DNA of 64,000 nt, taken from positions 62,001 through 126,000 of the forward strand of contig NMRA01000683.1 of the NCBI GenBank assembly GCA_002633005.1, in the 5' to 3' direction. This document shows, piece after piece, positions 39,301-50,052 of the stretch (position 1 is its first letter; the number at the start of each line of letters is the position of its first letter). The translations under genes were made by a program, and so were the position numbers. Under the pieces are notes generated by a model that was not told where the DNA came from, searched no databases, and saw only the letters and a program-made list of their open reading frames with translations. Origin of the DNA: Phoronis australis (taxonomy: Eukaryota > Animalia > Phoronida).

Positions 39301-39501
39301 ACCGAACTACTTCGTTTAATTGTGCAAAAGATGGAAATCAAGGCTGAGAATGATGAGCAGGACGAGGGTTCCACGTACACAAGTCCCTCTTTGCCGAGTC
39401 CCCTGCAACAAAACCAAGGCCGTGCTTGGTCCTCACCAAACGTCAGGCGCGCCATCATGAAACACTCGACAGTGTCTCATTGGAAGCAGAACATGCAGTA
39501 G
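3237..39501 (+). CDS. TRPA1: Transient receptor potential ankyrin 1 channel; 22 coding exons, 1110 aa, 5'-partial
   Basis: join(3237-3393,5380-5555,7857-7964,9826-9934,12392-12489,16705-16941,18193-18396,20834-21021,21196-21475,22848-23014,23491-23572,24133-24192,27731-27829,28363-28433,28765-28939,29881-30152,30512-30641,30973-31170,33277-33345,35680-35790,37651-37757,39267-39501) = 3333 nt, phases consistent; many ankyrin repeats, YLQCP linker, S1-S6, pore MMLGE, PILLMNLLIGLAVGDI, LKRLAMQV, coiled coil ELLRLIVQKMEI. Confidence 0.96.
5380..5555 (+). CDS. TRPA1: TRPA1 exon (ankyrin; DSKGNSPLHLAVE...MTPLHLAVELN)
   Basis: AG/GT flanks, phase 1 to 0, ankyrin consensus. Confidence 0.93.
7857..7964 (+). 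CDS. TRPA1: TRPA1 exon (ankyrin; GENGMGPLHLAA)
   Basis: AG/GTAAGT flanks, ankyrin consensus. Confidence 0.9.
9826..9934 (+). CDS. TRPA1: TRPA1 exon (ankyrin; GLYPVHIAAKHASS)
   Basis: AG/GTGAGT flanks; absent from ORF track, translated by hand. Confidence 0.9.
12392..12489 (+). CDS. TRPA1: TRPA1 exon (ankyrin; GYTRKQVLSF...TALHSAVNSGD)
   Basis: AG/GT flanks, phase 1 to 0. Confidence 0.9.
14863..15089. repeat. Tandemly duplicated ~100-bp palindromic MITE-like unit
   Basis: 14863-14962 repeated at 14971-15073; CGAAGTTTTCGTAGCGTTACG inverted at the end. Confidence 0.7.
15731..15888. mobile_element. Short hAT-like MITE, same family as 52491-52795
   Basis: GTGGTGGATTTAG...GCCCCTG ends; shared CAGATTCCA.TTGGCAGTTCAG core. 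Confidence 0.5.
16705..16941 (+). CDS. TRPA1: TRPA1 exon (ankyrin; STPVHLACAQGA...MTPLHKAALFDH)
   Basis: Highly conserved TRPA1 motif; AG/GT flanks. Confidence 0.95.
17639..17900 (-). mobile_element. Penelope-like retroelement 3' fragment (GIY-YIG endonuclease)
   Basis: YIGQT..SLSRRLTMH...LKVLESLLIAFEKPVLNEQ motifs. Confidence 0.8.
18193..18396 (+). CDS. TRPA1: TRPA1 exon (ankyrin)
   Basis: GAFIDAEDKEERTALHLAA...GRNFMHTAI; AG/GTAAG flanks. Confidence 0.92.
18430..18577. mobile_element. Kolobok/T2-type MITE (interior possibly collapsed at N 18493)
   Basis: TTAA TSDs (18426-18429, 18578-18581); ~63-bp near-perfect TIR starting AGGAGAAGG. Confidence 0.8.
19893..20293. mobile_element. PIF/Harbinger-type MITE
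   Basis: GGCCCGGTCTC...GAGACCGGGCC TIR extending ~38 bp imperfectly; 3-bp CTG TSD; repeated ACTCGA motifs. Confidence 0.75.
20834..21021 (+). CDS. TRPA1: TRPA1 exon (ankyrin; FGCTPLHYASREG)
   Basis: AG/GTATG flanks, ends phase 2. Confidence 0.93.
21196..21475 (+). CDS. TRPA1: TRPA1 exon (ankyrin; YGRLNTCRRLL...GNTPLHLAA)
   Basis: AG/GT flanks; joins to give conserved HFAAKYGR. Confidence 0.94.
22848..23014 (+). CDS. TRPA1: TRPA1 exon (last ankyrin repeats)
   Basis: DTAIHNASREGK...; AG/GT flanks. Confidence 0.9.
23491..23572 (+). CDS. TRPA1: TRPA1 exon (linker; WREVMD...NPIYLLIQFLPDVCL)
   Basis: AG/GTAAGT flanks, phase 2 to 0. Confidence 0.9.
24133..24192 (+). CDS. TRPA1: TRPA1 exon (linker; AVLDRCKTH...)
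   Basis: AG/GTAAGT flanks. Confidence 0.88.
26623..26966. mobile_element. Truncated copy of the element at 37792-38891 (one end, inverted)
   Basis: Reverse-complement homology to ~38572-38891 (ACTTGCAGGACCAACG, TTGAAAGCCAAAAACAGAAAAAAAC, CCCTCGACCC repeats). Confidence 0.75.
27731..27829 (+). CDS. TRPA1: TRPA1 exon (linker; YDFQYLQCP...PLHALN)
   Basis: Matches human YNFKYLQCP...PLTALN; AG/GTAAGT. Confidence 0.92.
28363..28433 (+). CDS. TRPA1: TRPA1 exon (pre-S1; MVKFNRVDCLSHPVSVQYLDMKW)
   Basis: Conserved pre-S1 motif; AG/GTGAG. Confidence 0.92.
28765..28939 (+). CDS. TRPA1: TRPA1 exon (S1 and extracellular loop)
   Basis: WAYGVWFHGLNLIQYLVFLILLT hydrophobic helix. Confidence 0.9.
29881..30152 (+). 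CDS. TRPA1: TRPA1 exon (S2-S4), GC donor
   Basis: KEFLQMFQQKLRYFLD...AVFLAWFNLLLFMQR; ends AG|GCAAGT. Confidence 0.92.
30512..30641 (+). CDS. TRPA1: TRPA1 exon (S4-S5 linker, S5)
   Basis: GIYIVMFLEILRTLL...AFGFAFYLLL. Confidence 0.94.
30973..31170 (+). CDS. TRPA1: TRPA1 exon (pore, S6)
   Basis: MMLGEMN pore; FMPILLMNLL. Confidence 0.95.
32769..32911. repeat. Small inverted-repeat element with internal duplication
   Basis: CATGGGCGGC...GCCGCCCATG ends; AAGAT on both flanks. Confidence 0.45.
33277..33345 (+). CDS. TRPA1: TRPA1 exon (TRP-like helix)
   Basis: IGLAVGDIESVKSNARLKRLAMQ. Confidence 0.95.
35680..35790 (+). CDS. TRPA1: TRPA1 exon (C-terminal)
   Basis: VELHTELESNLP...VDKTEIKTYPN. 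Confidence 0.92.
35838..36262. repeat. GA-rich low-complexity tract spanning assembly gap 35888-36130
   Basis: (GA)n/GGGGA units either side of the N run. Confidence 0.85.
37651..37757 (+). CDS. TRPA1: TRPA1 exon (start of coiled coil)
   Basis: ...YEELLKQKQR; phase-2 end matches next exon. Confidence 0.85.
37792..38891. mobile_element. 1.1-kb non-autonomous DNA transposon, Mutator/MULE-like
   Basis: GG-starting imperfect TIRs (..TAAAGCCC); inverted subterminal arrays of CCCTCGACCCAC-type repeats; 9-bp TSD TAAATTTGT/TACATTTGT (8/9). Confidence 0.65.
39267..39501 (+). CDS. TRPA1: TRPA1 terminal coding exon
   Basis: VKDLASAMDKQTELLRLIVQKMEI, acidic cluster, stop TAG. Confidence 0.92.
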
Positions 39502-41069
39502 CGTGATACTCGCGTGCAGACTCGAACACTCATCACAATAATATGTATTGAATACTTGATTCTGTGGTTTAGAATTGGGCATGAGCAGTACGTATTGCGC
39601 ACTTAGCTTGTGGAAAACTAGGAGCCGTGGCGGATCAGTCTATTTTTAAATTGCCCTCTTTCTGTTCACTTACAATATTTTTGTGAACTATCCTCCAAAC
39701 ATCGAGGGCCGCACCTGATATTAATTGATGACATCAGTAGTTGTTTGGACACAGATACTTTCTGATTAATCAATCATGTAGTCACAATCTCTCTGATCTC
39801 GGCTTCGCTTTTCAACTGATGCGAGGATGATCGTTGATACCGTATTAACAATTAACGAGTGACTGCATTAATATTTCAAAAGGTATTCGTGGAATTTCTC
39901 GAAAGACTTGTTTTTTCTTTGTATTGAAGGCTTAACCAACGGCATGAATACTGTCACTGGAGTGCGTGAAAACGTGGCTGGCAAATTATCGAATTTTCCA
40001 CGAACATCATTCGAATTTTTAAATGCACTCCAGAATTGATTGTGTGAAGTTGCCAGAAGAAAATCAAATGTGTAACAATCTTACTTTAGATATATCATGA
40101 TTGCAACACTTTGACAAGGTGTCGCTGTCCGTCCAAAAGTATCTGTTTCAACTTGTCTACTTAACTGAATATTCTAAGATGCTCGGCGTAACCGTGGACT
40201 CGTGTCTTGAATTAGGTGAACTCAGTTAAGAAACCAGCGCAAAAAGTTTTAGTCATCCGTCCAAAATTTGATTGTTGTCCAAAATAAGATTTTGATGGTC
40301 AAGTTATGCTGGAAGCAAGCAGCATATAGGACAGTCTCCCCAGACTATCACTGATCACAGTTTGTGGTGTTGCCAAGCTCAAAATGGTAAATTACCACAG
40401 TTATTAATTTGGTGTTATTGTTTTTAAGCTTGCTTTATGGTAGTCAAGTAGGTCATTTTAGGTCAATAAGTAAGTACAGTTGTCAATGATCTTTTGTCTA
40501 CAGAGAACTATTTTTACATGTCTGCTTCCAACGACGCCATTTGTGATTAACGTTTCTTATTGGTTTAAAATGTTCATCATTATACTAGTAAGTTTAATTA
40601 GGTGCAAATTATGTTACGGGAAATGCTATAATCCAATCTCGCGGTACTACATGTACCACGTTGTTTATACAGTATTTATTCAAAATTCACCAGCGGGAAC
40701 TGGTTAGCGAACCCCTTCGATTCACATTGGGGTTTTCCAGTAACCTTGTGTTTTCTCGTTTTACTACGTACACAAGGTGTTAGTTAAAAATAGTATGACT
40801 CATTAAATTCTGAATATCCAAACGAAGTCCTGGTTTACAAACAACCCCCTGGTCTTCCGGTGTGCCGGAAACCATCCGAAAACCAGTTACCGTAAGAATC
40901 TCGTTTAAGTCTAGGTTTGTGTGACTATTTTTATGTAAATTTGTATGTTAATATGCCACCGTTACCCTAATGAAACAAGTCACACTTTTTAATATTTTTT
41001 CATTCACCATCAAAAACAATTACGCAATATCTGGAATTACTAGGGTTTTCTATATGCTCACTCATTTTC

Positions 41070-42095
41070 AGATTTATTATCATTGACAAACAAGTACAAA
41101 AACAAACATCAATTACACCCATTCATTCTCGCATGCATACTCCAGGAGAGAGTTATCGTATCTCGTATAAAGTAAACAACTGCTACATTGAGTTAGAGGG
41201 ACCAATAAAATTTTCCCATTTCCCAGAAAAGCAATCTTGCACAAAATGTTTATATGGAATTAATTTTTCAGCATTATAGTACCCATAAGTATACGTAACA
41301 AACTTGTGAATATTAGGTTTTTGTTTGACATCTCTCCTTGTAAATGTAAGGTTTGTCTATTGATAGCAAAATGTTTAATAGAAAATCATGCGTCTCATGA
41401 AGTCCAAGAATAACACGTTTGTAAGAAAGACAGTTGGGAAGCTTAATGAGACACTTATGACGTAGTTCTCTGAATTCCTTCCAAAAATGTTGCTCAATGC
41501 GACATTCCCAAAAAAGGTGTGACAGCGTCTCTGGACCTTTATTACAAAAGGAATGTAAATTAGAATCTCGAACCTGGATTTTGGATGAAAAGTATTTGTT
41601 GACGTAATCCAGTTTAATATTCTAAATTGGAAGTATATGATGTTGGGATCCTTTGCAATTTCGTCAGGCAACGCGTATATTTTTCTGCCAATCTAAACTA
41701 TCTCCTTACTCTATTTCCAATTTACACTCTGACTTCGAAGGTTTCTTGTTAAAGATAGAACAAATATGTCTACACCCTTCAAATCTGTCCGTAGCTGAGT
41801 AATTGCTAAAGGCATGCAAGGAGAATAGACATTAACACTTTTGAATTTACTTTGAAATAGACTTTACTTTTTTGAAACCTTCTTAGAATAGAAACAACTC
41901 CATTATATTCTACAAAGTTGGTTTTTACATCGAAGACATTTTTCATACGGTCTAACCTAACAACATCGCCATCAGACATATCTCTCATAAATCTAATGGC
42001 TTTTACAAACCAAGACTTCTAAAAAACACTTCTGCCTCCGATCCACGAGTTACTATTTAACCACTGAGGTTGGTTCAAGAAGTCTTCTTCACTCG
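41070..42095 (-). mobile_element. Decayed L1/Tx1-clade LINE ORF2 3' end
   Basis: Interrupted frames with FQFRILNWI.STN, FCNKGPETLSHLFWEC (zf-RVT-like), QPQWLN, NFVEY; AATAAA in 3' tail. Confidence 0.7.
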
Positions 42096-44306
42096 CAACA
42101 AAGTTTTCTCATAAAAGGATGTCATCCTTGCAAATATGTCAAACTTGTTTTTAAATGAACATCAGTTGTGGTGTTTTCGCTAAAACCGCAATTTATTGAC
42201 AGATTGTGTCTTTTGTTGGTTATACTTGTACACACAGTTCTTCAGGAAGTCTCCATATAAGGCCCTGGCTTTTCAGGCAAAGCTATGCATTTCTGGGAAC
42301 ACTGAAAATGCATTCTAACTATACCCAATTCAGCTTAGCTACACCTAAGTATCAACCCAAGTACCTTTTGCAAGTTTGCCTGATTCTACCATGCATTTGC
42401 CATCAAACCTAAAATCGCTGATTTTGACTGGCCAAATATTTGCTTACCATAGCAACAGCGCATTTTTCAGCTTGGCAACCCCCTAATTTTAAGGGGAGGG
42501 TCACTATAAATAAATGTATTTGAATATGGTGGTCTGCTTCTAAAATGACTGAATACTTGAAAATGAAATTCATTTGTCGTGGGTTTTGCCGCTTCAAAAA
42601 GAGCATTTCTAGCTTAGATACTACACTGTATCTCTCTGCCACACGATACACTGTTATTAGTTAATAACATAGATAACAACCATGTAAAGAAATCCAAAAA
42701 TTCAGTAAACATGCATGTGCTTATGTTGTTGTTCACTCTGTTTAGATTGAGTTGCATGTAACTTTCAATAGAGTAACTTGTTGTATATTGGATGTAGTGT
42801 CTGTGTGCTAAACGCCTGGGCCCAGTTGCATAAAAGTTATACGCCATATCGCAACAATGACGTCGCATTATCACACGCCACGTTGTAGTTGTGGAACAAT
42901 ACATTTGACGCCTTGCAACAATCAAACTTATAAAGCGCATAAATTTGAAGTTTTATGCAACTCATCCCTGGACGTGTTAAGCCCTGAAAAGGAAATCCAG
43001 TCTTTTCATCCTGTGAACATGTCATTGTTCTGTGGCAATTGATATTTGAAAACTCCTCGCTTTTAAACTTACGCAGTTTTTGGTAAATCAATGTTGTGCT
43101 CTCTTTTTATGACATTATTTTGGAAGAGGTGGAGCCATACGGTATCTCTTTAGCCAGCCACAAACTGAAAAGACTCACTAAACTTAAGTGCGTTACCGTA
43201 ATAAGTACACATGTTATCACTCCCATCAATCATATGGTGTTTTAATTCATGTTTTATAGCTAGTTACTGGTTACAGAAACAGTTCAACGTGACCGCTTCA
43301 ATATTAAACGTGTTTTTGTTTTTTTTTGTACTGCATTCAAGTTGTTCATTGTGTTGAAAGGTTGTTAGAGTTATTTTGGCTTACGTATTAAATTGCTGTA
43401 CTGAGATCACTTTGTTTTGCTAGATGTATTCCTCAATTACCTTGAACGTTTGAAACCCACGCGTCCAATACTTTTAACGCATGGCATTTTTATCTCTTAT
43501 GCAAATGTGACGAAAAGTGACAAATTCAGTGTTGGGTGGAATCATTAAGGTTTTGTACACTGCAGACCATCACAAATGGTCAAATCTGGAATGATTCAGA
43601 GATCGCATCTCAAATGGTTGATCAGATTCATGTGCAAACTTTCAAACACAATACTTTGTGCAATGTCTTCCAAAATCTTGTCAGCCAGAGATTTGTTTTT
43701 AAAATGTTCCGCATTTGCACAAGGAGCACAACAATTAGATGTTTATCATCTCCATGAAAAAGTTGCATAAAATGGAAACAAAATGATAATTCAGAAATCT
43801 CTAACTTTTGTGAGATTGTGTCTTCAATATTTATATGAAACCAAATTTTGCCCTGTTGTTGACACTGCTATCGGTGTACCTTCCTTTTTTGATAAATTTT
43901 ACTAAGAAAGCATGGTCATGTGATTCAATTTACGCCAGATTATTAAAAAGCAAACATCAAATTCTACAGGTTTTTAACTTTTTAAACATGAACTACAAAT
44001 GGCGGGTGCTTTTTCCTTTAAACAGGTAGTCACGGGTTTCAAAATGAATCGGTTGCAGACTTGAACCTTGGCCTGGTACATGTATGTTTTTGTCCATAAC
44101 TAAAATGACGAATCTGTAAAATGAATTAAAGGCAGACTATTCGCATCCTTGAATACACATTAAGTTCAACTTTTCCTCCTTCCACCGGTATTGATGATCA
44201 GTATTGAAACCTGGAAACTGGTGGAATTAATTGACGTTGTCAAGGATGTAGTGCCATTAAGCAAGACATAAGGGGTTCCAGCGTCGAGTTGACACGAACA
44301 GCTGTT

Positions 44307-44639
44307 GATCAGTGCTATTCTCCACCAACGATAATACACATCCCGTCAACGTGTTTTATCAGCGTGACATTTCCACAAACCCTGCATTTGTGGAACGTGA
44401 TCAACTATTTCCAAACACGTTGTTGATTATTTGGATAACTCTACAAGAAACCGCTGCAAAGCGCCTCGGGCAACACAAACTCTCATCGACATCGTGTGCG
44501 CAAATCAGTCACCAGGTGGCGAGACCGCCTCGCCGACGCCCGGCTCATCAAGATCTCAGTGTCAAACAACTTTGTCTCGGACATCGACAATTCGTGTGCC
44601 TGCGCAAAAACGTTCTGTATAAATACAATTCAGGAGTAA
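44307..44639 (+). pseudogene. Possible decayed cystine-knot-like coding remnant
   Basis: GC-rich patch; DQC-x12-C, CICGT*, RC-x13-C and SCAC appear in order but need two frameshifts and read-through of a stop. Confidence 0.22.
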
Positions 44640-47600
44640 GAGAAATAGAAGAAATAAGAATCAGTTATCAAGAGAAGATAGTATCGGTTCACGTTGCTTT
44701 TAATCTTCGATATTTTAAATTAAGGTCATGTTTCTCGTTGTCTGTGAAAGTACCTCAGTACGCGGTAACATTGAAGATACATCTAACTCTTACCAGCTAT
44801 CACCACTCGAAATATTATTGTTATTATCATTATTTATTTGTTACAGTGACATAAGGGTGCCAGTGAATACAAACTTAAAGACAGAACATTCACCACACAC
44901 CCCAGCCTCAATGGGCTTACTTAGTCCGCTAATAATAATTAAACCATTATATAACAAATTGCACACGCTCAAATATGACCACTTCAGACTAGTTTATAAA
45001 CAAATAAAATTTTTCCTTAAATGAAAGCTATTGAGCTTTCATTCAATTGGCATTGTTAAGTGGTGCCTGAAGATTGTTACACAGATGTCTTGAAAAAAAG
45101 ATCCGATTTATCACCCTCATTTAGTAATTTTACCACACCACCCCTCGTTATGCAATTTTGAGGTTATGATCAATACACTGCTTTACCAAATCTGTCCCCA
45201 CTGCTATGAGATTGAAACTTAGACAAAGTGTTGACAAAACATGTTACTTTCATTGCTTAAAAAAATTGTCAGCCAGTGTATTAGTGAAACATTTTGGCAC
45301 CTCAAATGTACTAAAATGAGAAATTTTCAAATAACTGAGACCGTAGCATGAGCACGTAAAATCAGATTGTCTTTGATGTTCTTCGATATTTTGCAACGAG
45401 TTTTTCCTGCTGAATGTTTTGAATGTTTTACTGCTTACCACCTAAGACTATAGTACTCCTAGATACCATACATTGCTCGATTTTTGTTTAAAAGCCGATT
45501 ATGTCCTCCCTTGTCAACAGGGTTAGACATGAACTCAACAAATGTAGGTCTTTTGATTTACAGTTGAATGCTTTGTAATTTCCTCACGGGTATTTCTTCA
45601 CACCTATTCAAGTCAGATTTTCTGTTCATGCAATGCGTTGTAATATCAAATGAAGTTTAGTGGCATGACCACAACTTTTTCATACGACTTACAACAAAAA
45701 GGCCGCAGAAATTTTGCTGACGAGTTGTGTCATTGTTGGATATAACAACACAGGTCACATGGATATAGAACCTTGGGCGTATGTCAGACCGTTGCCCATA
45801 AATGCTCGCCATTATCTTCACTATAACAACGGGAACAATGACGATGCTGCTCTATGCGACCAGGTTTGCCGTGGATGACCACAGAAGCGGAATCCCAAAG
45901 TATCCACAAAAACTTATCATACACCTCAGTAACTCTTACCGCGCACACGAATCCATTCCCTGAAACCTAAACACCAATTTTTTTATATCCATGTATCGTG
46001 TAGTATTGCTCATGGTACAGGTTTAGATTCCGTTGTATTAAGATATCAATCGCCATCACTGTAATACGTAGTTTGAGTAAAATTTCTAGACAATGAATTT
46101 TATGGATTTATTATCTTTTAAGTGAAGGGTAAACTTCAAATTCTGCACTGGTTTTTCAAAAGTAATCACACATCTAAAAGGTAAAACCATGTTTGAAAAG
46201 TTTGTTCCTTATCTCATTTGAAAGTTGTTTACCTCACAGACAACACATCTATGTTGAAAATACTCCTTGTAAAAAGATATAAACACCAACCAGAGACTTT
46301 CATACTACAAAATATGTTTTCATAATACAATACAAAGATAACTGTACAGTGAAAAGTGCAAATGTTATGACTCTAATAAAATATTGCCTCCTACATCTTT
46401 TCAACAACCCTATTGCTACAGGACAGAGTCAACCACACAAAACCCAAAAAGTCAGGGAATTACATTTAAGGTGATGTTGTCTCACTGCGAAATCACAACG
46501 TCGCTGGCAACACTGTAAATTTCTTCTTACTCACAAACTTGGGGTAGCTGTAGGTACGACACCAATGTTCTTATCAAAAATAACCACCACAAAATGAAAA
46601 ATTGCCTTGTAGGTTCCTATTAGGCAGCATTATTGCAATGAAACGGTCATGGAAAAATACATGTACTTTTGCAACATGGTGTGCATTACAATTACCGTGC
46701 GATTACAGTTGTATATACATACTAGACCAGTTACAAAATTACTCATTTGAACCATCAAATGCTCATTTCACCACAAACCAAGGAGTCACCAGAGCTATTG
46801 TTCCAACACAGTTCAGTACTGCAACAAAAAATCATTTCAAGTGGACATAAGCCCGCCTACTGTCACATAAAACAACTTTTGATTTAGACAACTTACCATC
46901 ATGGAATAGGTATTATTTACTGGTCACTTTTGAGCAATTTCAGAATTTCGAAAGAACTGACAATATGCATTTGCTGGAGACCATGCTCTATAAGATGGCT
47001 TGTTTAACAGTGCGTGAGTTTATGCACAAAGCATGGTCTCGAGGAATGGCAAACTGTCAATTCGCTTCAACTCCAGAAATCACTTCCCATATGAATAAGT
47101 AACAAATTGAGAGAAGTTTATAGAGTTAAATAGTCTAAATCAAAACTTTACCCCCTGGATAGAATGTGCGTTTACAACCCGAGCCAAAGAATAAGTGAAA
47201 AAAACAGCCAAACCGCAACAGGGGGTCAAATGTCAGTACTAAATACTCTTTACAAACAAAAATCTATGATGGTAAATAGTTTAAAGCGAAAAAATATATT
47301 CAGATCAATTTCACAATTCCAAGGAAAAGAAACAGTACAGCGGTCAGAAATCACGAAACAAAAGTCTATATTTGTTGGCCACACTGACAAATACTATCAG
47401 ACCAAAAAATCCAGTGGCTAAACAAAAAGAATAATGTACCCATTACCATGTGGCATTACCAACATGATTCACTGTCCCAGCATCATGATCGGAGTTTGGA
47501 AAAAAATTCAATACAGGTAAATTTAGATTTTTCCAGTTGACACAGCAGTTCTTCTGCAAACAAAGCTTGCAACAATACAAGCCTACTTCACTACACAGCT

Positions 47601-47772
47601 GTGCTGACATAATAATGCCACCGGTCGATTTAGCTGATCCGCCAGAGTATTTACAGGTTCAGCCACTGTACCGTTTCCTCCCTTTGCATGTTTATAATGC
47701 TACATCCTTGGCAATCTTAAAGTGCAGATTGTCTCTTTCCAATTCATACTGCACTTCCTCTGTCATATCTCC

Positions 47773-48215
47773 TACTGTTGATGTGATCAGTGAAGGTGGA
47801 GATGTCATTTTCTGGGAGCATGACAAAAGTGTCGTCCACTTATCTGAGCCAGATGGGTGGGGGTTTATGAGAAGACTCCAGAGCTGTCTTTTCAAACTCT
47901 TCCATGTATATGTCGGGTAGGATGGGAGACACAGGGGATCCCATAGCAGCTCCATGGCATTGCTGGTAGAAACTGTTGTTGCATAAGAAATATGTAGTAT
48001 AAAGACAAAAGCCCAATAGCTAGTGAATTTGCTCAACGGACAGTTCAGTGTGAAGACTAAGAGGGGGGTCATCAGACAATCTTTTGCGTACGATAGCGAG
48101 GGCCTTGTCTACAGGGACACTTTCTAGTGAAAAGAGCACTGACATCATATGACACTAACTTGTGTCCTACAGCAACTACCAGGTTCTTGACTCTGTCGAC
48201 AAAGTCGGAACTATT
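47773..48215 (-). mobile_element. Penelope-like RT core fragment (pseudogenised)
   Basis: LVSYDVSALFT, FYQQCHGAAMGSPVSPIL, IWLR*VDDTFV, FTDHINS. Confidence 0.88.
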
Positions 48216-48321
48216 ACGTGCTCTGTGTACACCTGCATGGTGTTACCCCCAGCCCCCAATCCCTCCCCCCACCCCTCCTGAACAGAGCTGATCGTTACAT
48301 CACTGACTACCGTGACTATGT

Positions 48322-49045
48322 AACCGTATTGACAACTGCATTCAGTTCACCATGGAGACAGAAATCAACAGAACCTTACCGTTCTTGGATCTCTGCATAC
48401 AAGTGGTCGATAATGGTTCAATCAAAATCAAGATCTACAGGAAATCGACACATACGGACCAATACCTCCAGTTTCCTTCCAACCACCCCTTAAAGCACTA
48501 ATATTCTCTTGGACAGAGGTGATCGTTACATCACTGACTACCGTGACTATGTCGAAGAGATAGACCACGTTGGGGATGCGTAGCGAGCTAAGGGATACCA
48601 AGAATGGGTGTTTACTGACCCCTGTAGCCGTAAATCTACTGAAAAGCTCGATGGCCTATCCGTTGCCATCCCATATATAAGAAGAATATCTGAACGCCTA
48701 CAACACACTTACAGAAGCCACGGTATTTCCTCTTTCATGAAACCCATCAACACCCTCCGTTCCCTACTATAAGTCAGACCCAAAGACCCAACCGCAACGG
48801 CCAAACAATGTGTGGTCATATACCAGCTGAAATGTGACCAGGATCCCAACCACACCTACATTGTAGAAAACAAGAGACTGTTCCTTACCAGATTCAAAGA
48901 ACATTTGAAACTAGACAGACCAACAGCTCTGGGGGAACATATTTTGGCAACTGGGCATACCATCTCTTTGTCGTCATCCAGGATCCTAAACAAGGAACAA
49001 AATTGACATACTCGTAAGCTCAAAGAGGCCATAAACATCAACAGT
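48322..49045 (+). mobile_element. Penelope-like RT thumb plus GIY-YIG fragment (pseudogenised)
   Basis: IQFTMETE..LPFLDL, IYRKSTHTDQYLQFPSNHP, VIYQLKC..TYI..KR..TRFKEH, RKLKEAINI. Confidence 0.88.
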
Positions 49046-49085
49046 CAGCGCCGTGGCGATTCTCATAATTCAACTTACCTAGCCT

Positions 49086-49236
49086 TTAGAAATATCTTGC
49101 GCACATACAGCCGACCGGGACCGGGATTATCGCCGCAACGGACCTGCGGCGTTTTGTCAAGCATCGTACACGTCTGATGGTGAACCCTCTTTTGCGATTG
49201 CGGCAACGGTACAATGCGTGGGCTCCACACCGTTTG
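49086..49236 (-). CDS. Candidate terminal exon of a cystine-knot protein (bursicon/GPH/DAN- or IL-17/Trunk-like)
   Basis: Pyrimidine-rich acceptor TTTTACAG; KRCGAHALYRCRNRKRGFTIRRVRCLTKRRRSVAAIIPVPVGCMCARYF*; C-x13-C-x17-CxC. Confidence 0.5.
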
Positions 49237-49657
49237 CTGTAAAATAAGAATAAAATAGTTATAGCCATGATACATTTGTTATCTAGGTTGATGAACAATT
49301 TAGAAATTATAGGCCATGGGCCGTATTTCCAGTTGTTTCATCATGTGACCATGTGAGGGGGCAACTTGGTTTTTTCTGTATTAACCATTACGCAATTGAT
49401 ACAGCTCATGAAAGTTCCCCCGTTTTAAGTTGCACATTTTTTGTGTGTCCAAATGTTACATTATTGAAAAGGAGGTGGTGCTAAATCCACCAAAAGACTA
49501 ACACATGATGGCATCATAAACCAATCACAAGCTCAGAAATTAAGTAACTGTAAACGTAATCTAACATTGGGGCTCCCTTAGGAGATGCTGTCAATAAATG
49601 CTGCATACACTTTCAAGCAATAAGTTCATCTGATCTGTTGAGATTCTCGAAACTTAC

Positions 49658-49779
49658 ATGGGGAAGACTGCGTGAAAGAATGACTTTCCCTTGGAGATAA
49701 AGACAGTAATGTGTCCCACCGGTTGCCATTTGCACTCAAGTAACTCCCCCCACCCGGTTGGCGTTGGCTCCAGGCAGTA
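49658..49779 (-). CDS. Possible upstream exon of the cystine-knot candidate (start undefined)
   Basis: ...ELLECKWQPVGHITVFISKGKSFFHAVFP ends on a GTAAG donor in the required phase 2; in-frame TGA at 49780-49782 limits it. Confidence 0.25.
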
Positions 49780-50052
49780 TCAAAAAGCATGTTATATAAG
49801 CATACTGACGCTACAAAGATTGAAGAGCAAAGAGGAAAGATTGCAAAAGTACGAAGAATGCCGAGAACAGAACCCCCTGATTACGACCAAGATGATGGTG
49901 AGTGTTATTTTTTTTTCTGGGAGTATAATAAATTGACGCAAGTCACTGAGTCAGTGACAGTGTAGTCAGTGCCTCAATGGGAAACAGGTCACTTCAAACC
50001 CAACTCAACTCGTACCCAAGTCAAGTTTCAAAAGTATTTCAAAACTATTTAA

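Noticed and set aside
44312-44854. 180-aa ORF as a protein-coding gene
   Set aside because: GTG start, no domain-like features, and the 3' half runs into AT-rich non-coding-looking DNA
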